Below are positions 24,486 through 29,400 of a stretch of 29,400 bases of DNA, piece by piece. The first letter of the stretch is position 1. Each line of letters begins with the position of its first letter. Origin of the DNA: a virus (Duplodnaviria > Caudoviricetes); IMG/VR virus record IMGVR_UViG_3300010359_000011, positions 1 through 29,400 of that record; one strand, 5' to 3'. Both the position numbers and the translations under genes were made by a program. The notes beneath the pieces were generated by a model. That model had not been told where the DNA came from, ran no database searches, and saw only the letters and a list, made by a program, of their open reading frames with translations.

Positions 24486-24547
24486 TTGTTAACATGTGAG
24501 ACTATCGAAGGAGTCTGGAACCGCGGCTTCGCCGCTTGTTAACATGT
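24486..24547. repeat. 12-bp direct repeat with palindromic core (candidate operators)
   Basis: TTGTTAACATGT at 24486-24497 and 24536-24547. Confidence 0.7.
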
Positions 24548-24696
24548 AGAAGGCTTAGGGAGTGTTACTTAGGAGATTCGCTCAACTGGTCTTTTAGGTG
24601 GGCTGTACTATTTTTTAAAAAATACGTGGGAGTGATGCGCCCTCGGAGATAGGATCTCCATCGGGCCACCCCCCCCCTCTCCCAAGGGAGAGCCTC

Positions 24697-24726
24697 AAAG
24701 AAAAAGCTCCGGCGAACCGGAGCTTT
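24697..24726 (-). terminator. Rho-independent terminator
   Basis: Minus strand AAAGCTCCGG-TTCG-CCGGAGCTTTTTCTTT downstream of gene 24770-25357. Confidence 0.85.
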
Positions 24727-24769
24727 GTCACAAGTAGGATGGGGCGGGACATTGTCCCGCCCCATACTC

Positions 24770-25357
24770 TTAGAGGAGATCGGCCGCCGACTCCTCGACC
24801 TTGGCCTTGACCGGGACCGCAGCCGCCTTGGCCGCCTTGGCCTTTTCCATACGCTCCTCATGCACAACCTTGGCCTTGGCCATGAGCTGGTCGCGGTACT
24901 TATCGAGTACCAAGTCCGCCAACATCTCCCGCGTATGCGGCTCGCCCGCAAACACGACCGTCGCATCCTCGGCCTTGACGCCGTTCTTCTTATCCGGCTT
25001 CGGCCATGCGCCTTTCGGCTCAAGAGTTTCTTGCGCCTGCTTCATTGCCAGTTCAAAGGCAATGTTCTCAATGGTGGAGCCGCGCGGCCCACCGACTCGC
25101 AAGCCAACCGTGCCATCGTAGAACTTGGCAACCATCGCCTCGCGCATCCGCATGACCTCGGCGTCAACATCCTCCTCGGGCATCGTCGCGCCGCCATTGT
25201 CAACTGCGTACTTATCCTTGACGCGGATAATGGCGCTCGCGACCTCGTTACCGAGTTTATGTGCAATGGTGCGCCGCACGAAGCCGATAACAACCGCCGG
25301 GGGAAAACGGTCGAGATCAACCTCAAGACCGCCGCACTCGTATGTTCCTAGTGACAT
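24770..25357 (-). CDS. Hypothetical protein, stand-alone transcription unit
   Basis: 195 aa helical, Ala/Lys-rich tail; AAAGG RBS; own promoter and terminator. Confidence 0.75.
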   Translation of the reverse strand: MSLGTYECGGLEVDLDRFPPAVVIGFVRRTIAHKLGNEVASAIIRVKDKYAVDNGGATMPEEDVDAEVMRMREAMVAKFYDGTVGLRVGGPRGSTIENIAFELAMKQAQETLEPKGAWPKPDKKNGVKAEDATVVFAGEPHTREMLADLVLDKYRDQLMAKAKVVHEERMEKAKAAKAAAVPVKAKVEESAADLL

Positions 25358-25426
25358 CTCACTAACCTTTCCGTTCTCTTCGGCTTTGCCGACTTACTGG
25401 GCCGGTCAATCCGTCCCAACAATGCG

Positions 25427-25455
25427 AATATAATCGAACTCGAACGATGTTGCAA
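25427..25455 (-). promoter_or_regulatory. Sigma70-type promoter
   Basis: Minus strand TTGCAA-17 bp-TATATT, about 70 nt upstream of ATG 25357. Confidence 0.7.
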
Positions 25456-25575
25456 GGGAAAAATGTGCCCAGTCTCATATAAAAATTAGGTGCGACTGGC
25501 AAGTCCCATCTAAAAATTGCGTGTTGGGACCGCCAAAGGTGGGCTCTCTTCGGAAAATCCGCACGACTCTGACGT

Positions 25576-25740
25576 ATACACCCTACGCATAACCCCGGTG
25601 TATGCGCCCACCGGACCCCGAGTATGTTTTTCTATTTTTTATTTTTTTTTTTTACATAATTATCCTGTACTCCGGCTACTCCGAAAACTTAATGGGTGTG
25701 GTGGGCGCATCCTAGGGTGCATACAACCTACGCATACACC
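25576..25740. repeat. Direct and inverted repeats flanking a poly-T tract
   Basis: ATACA(C/A)CCTACGCATA at 25576 and 25721; inverted pairs 25597-25606/25731-25740 and 25602-25612/25700-25710; T tract 25627-25653. Confidence 0.75.
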
Positions 25741-25826
25741 CCCCAAATACCTTATTTCCGCCACAATCCCGCCATACATCCACCACAGTCCCATGCTAAG
25801 GTGTAATGTTCTGGAGATACGCTCAA

Positions 25827-26342
25827 ATGTCAAACGAGTATGGCGACCTAACCCTAATTGCAGCCCCATCTGACGCGCCCGCATGCCTTATCACTGACGC
25901 GCCCGACGGCCTTGCAGTGATCGGCCTAACAGCCGATCAGACTCCAATCCCATTGCGCCCCTCGCACGCGGAGCGCACAATCCATGACATACTCCTAGCT
26001 AAGAGGGCGGGAGCAAGTCCCGCCCTCTTAGCTAAACACCTCCTCGAACATCAATCTGATCCAACCTCTAATTGCCGCATATGTCAATTAACAGGTCGCG
26101 TTATGAGCGCGCAAGGCCGCCGCCTCACATCCGAGGCCGATCGCGCAATCGCATCCCGCAAACGCGACTCCGGCACAGTCCAAGTCCGCCGCTTCCGCCC
26201 CGGCCTCTCCGGCGCACAACTCTCCTCAATGCTCAAGCGCGGCGCAACCCCATCCGAGATTTCGAGAGCCGCTGACAAGCAGCGGCTCTCGAAAGACTCC
26301 CAAGCCCCATCATTCGTCTGCACTGCAGACAGCCTAATCTAA
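25827..26342 (+). CDS. Hypothetical protein
   Basis: GGAG RBS before ATG 25827 (alternative start 25806); CxxC and Arg-rich C-terminal half. Confidence 0.55.
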   Translation: MSNEYGDLTLIAAPSDAPACLITDAPDGLAVIGLTADQTPIPLRPSHAERTIHDILLAKRAGASPALLAKHLLEHQSDPTSNCRICQLTGRVMSAQGRRLTSEADRAIASRKRDSGTVQVRRFRPGLSGAQLSSMLKRGATPSEISRAADKQRLSKDSQAPSFVCTADSLI

Positions 26343-26376
26343 CCACGCGCAGCTGCGCAAACCTCGAGAGTATACC

Positions 26377-27549
26377 ATGCCCGCAAAACTATGTGTTCGC
26401 TGCGCCGGTTCCGGCCGCAAATTCGGAGGCACCTGCTTCCGTTGCAACGGGAGCGGCACCGAGCCCTCCACCGCAACCAAAGCCCGCACTGCAGCCGACA
26501 TGCTCGAACTCATCGACGCCGAGTCCATAGAGGCACCATCCCCCACCAGCGGCGTCTCGAGCGACCAAATCGCGGACATGCTCGCCCAGATCACGCACAA
26601 TATCAGCAACAAAGTCAAATCCGAGATAGCCAACTCCGAGGCCAACCTAAAAGCCCTGCACCGCCTCGATCACAAAGAGCTATCCGAGCGCATGAGCGCC
26701 CTAACCGCCACCATCACCGCCCGAGTGGACGATGCTCTCACGCAGATCAACTCCACGCGCCAAATCTCAATCAAACTCGTCCCACCATTGGGCGTCCCAA
26801 CCACCCTGCCCATCGCGCATCGCCACCCGAAGTTCGAGACGCTCCTACGCATCGCCTGCAGCCGCCAGCCCGACGGCTTCCACCCAAACATCTGGATCGC
26901 CGGGCCTGCCGGATCAGGCAAAACCACGGGCGGCCGCCAGCTCGCCGAGGCCCTCTCCCTTCCCTTCTACTTCAACGGCGCGGTCAACATGGAGCACAAA
27001 CTCATCGGCTACGAGGACGCCACTGGCCGCTACCACACAACCCCATTCCGCGAAGGCTTCACATCGCCCGCAATCTACCAGTTCGATGACGTAGACTCGA
27101 GCGACAACGCCGCCCTCATTCCCCTAAACGCAGCCACCGCAAACGGCCTCTGCGACTTCCCCGACCTCCCAACACCCCTTCCCCGGCACCCCGACAGCAT
27201 CATCATCGCCACGGCGAACACATGGGGCCTCGGCGCAACATCCGACTACGTAGGCCGCGTCAAGCTCGACGCAGCATTCCTATCCCGCTTCCCGGCCAAA
27301 CTCTTTTGGGACTACGACGAGCCCTTCGAGATCTCCATATCCGGCAACCCATCATGGGCCAAGCGAGTCCAGCGTGCCCGTAAGCGCGCCCGAGAACTCG
27401 GCCTCAAAGTAATCATGGACCCACGCCTCACCTATGCGGGCGCGGGCATGCTCGCCAGCGGCAATTTCCCCAACGAGAACGAAGTAGCCGAGCTAACCTA
27501 CCTTGCCAACCTCAACCCCGACCAGCGCAAACAGGTGGAGTTGATATGA
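26377..27549 (+). CDS. AAA+ ATPase (MoxR/CobS-like) with N-terminal zinc finger
   Basis: CVRCAGSG/CFRCNGSG; Walker A GPAGSGKT; Walker B YQFDDVD; ATANTWG; LDAAFLSRF. Confidence 0.85.
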   Translation: MPAKLCVRCAGSGRKFGGTCFRCNGSGTEPSTATKARTAADMLELIDAESIEAPSPTSGVSSDQIADMLAQITHNISNKVKSEIANSEANLKALHRLDHKELSERMSALTATITARVDDALTQINSTRQISIKLVPPLGVPTTLPIAHRHPKFETLLRIACSRQPDGFHPNIWIAGPAGSGKTTGGRQLAEALSLPFYFNGAVNMEHKLIGYEDATGRYHTTPFREGFTSPAIYQFDDVDSSDNAALIPLNAATANGLCDFPDLPTPLPRHPDSIIIATANTWGLGATSDYVGRVKLDAAFLSRFPAKLFWDYDEPFEISISGNPSWAKRVQRARKRARELGLKVIMDPRLTYAGAGMLASGNFPNENEVAELTYLANLNPDQRKQVELI

Positions 27550-28427
27550 GGCGCTTCACGCACGAGGCCACGCCCTTCCCCGGCCGCCTCAATCACTTCA
27601 TAATCGCGGACTCGCTTGGCGAACTCGGGGAGTTCGCCCGCGCAAGCCACCTGCGCTCCAGCATGTCCAGCCCTAATTGGGACTTCGGCCTCGGCCTCGA
27701 GAAGGCCATACAATTCTGCTTTACAGGCGACACCTCGCAAGTCTCCAAATCCGACGAAATGCTCGAGCGCCTCGAAGCCCACATCGAAATGCCCTCGACC
27801 CGAAATGTCTGGATCGACGACATCGCAGGCTACTTCCCAAACGTGCCCGCCCACCTTTCTGGATCGCCGCTCGCAATGCGGCGGCGGGCTAAAGCCGAGT
27901 CCATATCCGCGCCCCTTGCCATCATCGTAGACCTCTCCATCTCCGCAGGCATCACGGCCTTACAGGCCCAACGCCGAGGCATAACAATCCTCGCCCTCGC
28001 CCGCGCACTCTCAGCCCGCCGCCCAATAGAACTCTGGGTAGGCGATATGGGTGCAGCCGACGAGCAGAACCTCGGCTTTACAAGCCGAGGTTCTGTGAAC
28101 TGCGTCTCCATCTTCACGCGCATCGAGACCACGCCCCTCGACCTTGCCTCATCCTGCTACGCCCTAACTCACCCCGCCTTCCTGCGCCAAGTCCTCTTCC
28201 AACTCGAGGAGAAACACCACGGCTTCATGGGCGGCTGGCCCTTCCGACTCGGCCGCGCCCTCAAGCGCACCGAGATGGAGTCCCTTCTCGCGCCCGCCTT
28301 CCCCCAAGTCACCTCCACCCTTTGCATCCCCGGCCTCCACATTGCAGACGACACCGTAAACAACCCCGAGGCCTGGCTCATCCGCGAAATAAAACTCCAC
28401 GACCCCCTTTCATTGGCCGAGGCCTAA
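27546..28427 (+). CDS. VWA/MIDAS-like partner of the AAA+ ATPase
   Basis: ATGA overlap with ATPase; IIVDLSISAG (DxSxS); NVPAHLSGSPLAMRR; HPAFLR. Confidence 0.7.
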   Translation: MRRFTHEATPFPGRLNHFIIADSLGELGEFARASHLRSSMSSPNWDFGLGLEKAIQFCFTGDTSQVSKSDEMLERLEAHIEMPSTRNVWIDDIAGYFPNVPAHLSGSPLAMRRRAKAESISAPLAIIVDLSISAGITALQAQRRGITILALARALSARRPIELWVGDMGAADEQNLGFTSRGSVNCVSIFTRIETTPLDLASSCYALTHPAFLRQVLFQLEEKHHGFMGGWPFRLGRALKRTEMESLLAPAFPQVTSTLCIPGLHIADDTVNNPEAWLIREIKLHDPLSLAEA

Positions 28428-28461
28428 AGTCCTCGGCCAATGAAGAGAAAGGAAAACCAAC

Positions 28462-28680
28462 TTGCTTACACATCCCACCCTCGCCGAGCAGGCCATCGCC
28501 CTCAAGCGTTCGGCCACAAAGACAATCTCCGTAGTAAAAATTGCGCGCAAGCTCGGCGCGGAGGTCACCTACCGATGGGACGCGAGAGGCCTCACAATCA
28601 CCTACACATTCGACGACGACTCCAGTCTCACAGTCCGCGGCCGCGGCAAATACCACTACATGGAGGCCCACCTCCCATGA
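28462..28680 (+). CDS. Hypothetical protein
   Basis: AAAGGA RBS, TTG start, 72 aa. Confidence 0.55.
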   Translation: MLTHPTLAEQAIALKRSATKTISVVKIARKLGAEVTYRWDARGLTITYTFDDDSSLTVRGRGKYHYMEAHLP

Positions 28681-28705
28681 AGCGCAAGCGCCGAAGGAGC
28701 CTACC

Positions 28706-28927
28706 ATGATCCCCAGCAAAACCCAAAACCTCCTACAGCACCAGCTGTGGCAGTCTCGCCGCTTCACCCCAGAGTCCTACTACCCAGTCAAAGGCCACAT
28801 CCTAAATGAACTCCTAGTCCTCGCGATGCGCCTTAACAGCATCCACCAATTCGACTTCGACGAGCGACGCGACTGGGCTAACCACCTGCACGCCGTCCTC
28901 TCCCAACTAGAGGAAGACGTCTCATGA
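28706..28927 (+). CDS. Hypothetical protein
   Basis: AAGGAG RBS before ATG 28706 (MIPSKTQ). Confidence 0.6.
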   Translation: MIPSKTQNLLQHQLWQSRRFTPESYYPVKGHILNELLVLAMRLNSIHQFDFDERRDWANHLHAVLSQLEEDVS

Positions 28928-28978
28928 TGGGGCGGCCCAAGAGCCGCCTCATGAAAACACCCTCAAGGAGCCCAAATC

Positions 28979-29400
28979 ATGAGCGAGATCCACCACATCT
29001 ACACCTACGTGGACGAGCACACGGGCGAGAATACACACATCGACTCCACCGCCCTCCGCGCTTATACCCTAAAGCGCATCGCAGAAGGCTCCCTCGAGAT
29101 CTTATGGTTCCCAACCGACCGCGCCCTCGCACGCAAAATGCTTCAAGTGGACAAGGCCATCTCTCTCAAGCGCTGCCACGAAATCATCACAGCAGGAAAG
29201 CGTTTCGATCCAATAATCTTCTGCACAGACGGCACCTTCTCTCCTTCCAACGGAGGTCCGAACGGCATGCTAGTAGACGGCCACCACCGCTTCTTTATAG
29301 CCACCACCATCATCGGAGCCGACGGCCTCGAGGGTGTCATGCTCCCGCCCCCCGAGTGGCAGCCCTTCATCATGCATGGAGTCCCAAACTACACTGCGCA
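28979..29400 (+). CDS. ParB/Sulfiredoxin-like domain protein, partial
   Basis: AAGGAG RBS, ATG 28979; DPIIFC...MLVDGHHRF motif; runs off window end. Confidence 0.6.
   Translation, partial: MSEIHHIYTYVDEHTGENTHIDSTALRAYTLKRIAEGSLEILWFPTDRALARKMLQVDKAISLKRCHEIITAGKRFDPIIFCTDGTFSPSNGGPNGMLVDGHHRFFIATTIIGADGLEGVMLPPPEWQPFIMHGVPNYTA

Noticed and set aside
24486-24547. 12-bp repeats as CRISPR or att sites
   Set aside because: Too short, two copies, no cas or integrase in the window; kept only as candidate operators.
24565-25023. 152-aa minus ORF overlapping 24770-25357 and 118-aa plus ORF 25517-25873
   Set aside because: Alternative frames running through a terminator or poly-T tract; no RBS or protein-like composition.
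26377-28427. Cobalamin biosynthesis (cobS/cobT) auxiliary genes
   Set aside because: Only generic AAA+/VWA motifs; no cobN or other cob genes.
1-29400. tRNA/rRNA, reverse transcriptase/DGR, introns/inteins, stop-codon recoding
   Set aside because: None recognised by eye; core genes are uninterrupted and of normal length under the standard code. tRNAscan and Infernal were not run.

Overview
A 29.4-kb piece of a tailed dsDNA phage with P22-like head genes (portal, scaffold, P22-type coat, gp4-like adaptor); the PEPxxW-type sorting tail of one gene suggests an alphaproteobacterial host (inference). Bases 1-24377 form one tightly packed minus-strand late operon behind a near-consensus sigma70 promoter. 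In transcription order: terS-like gene, four genes with export signals, holin and GH19 endolysin, small accessory genes, a fifth signal-peptide gene, TerL, portal, two lysozyme-fold proteins, a 960-aa repeat+NUDIX+ART-like protein, scaffold, capsid, adaptor and fibre-like genes. A stand-alone minus-strand gene (24770-25357), a repeat-rich AT tract (~25575-25740) and a plus-strand early region (AAA+/VWA pair, ParB-like gene) follow. Best candidate for an undescribed system: virion-appendage-like or adhesin-like, Cys-containing proteins carrying Sec, Tat and PEP-CTERM export signals, encoded between terS and terL. Second: a probable ejected protein combining a NUDIX domain with an ADP-ribosyltransferase-like domain. 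All calls come from motif recognition by eye; no searches were run.
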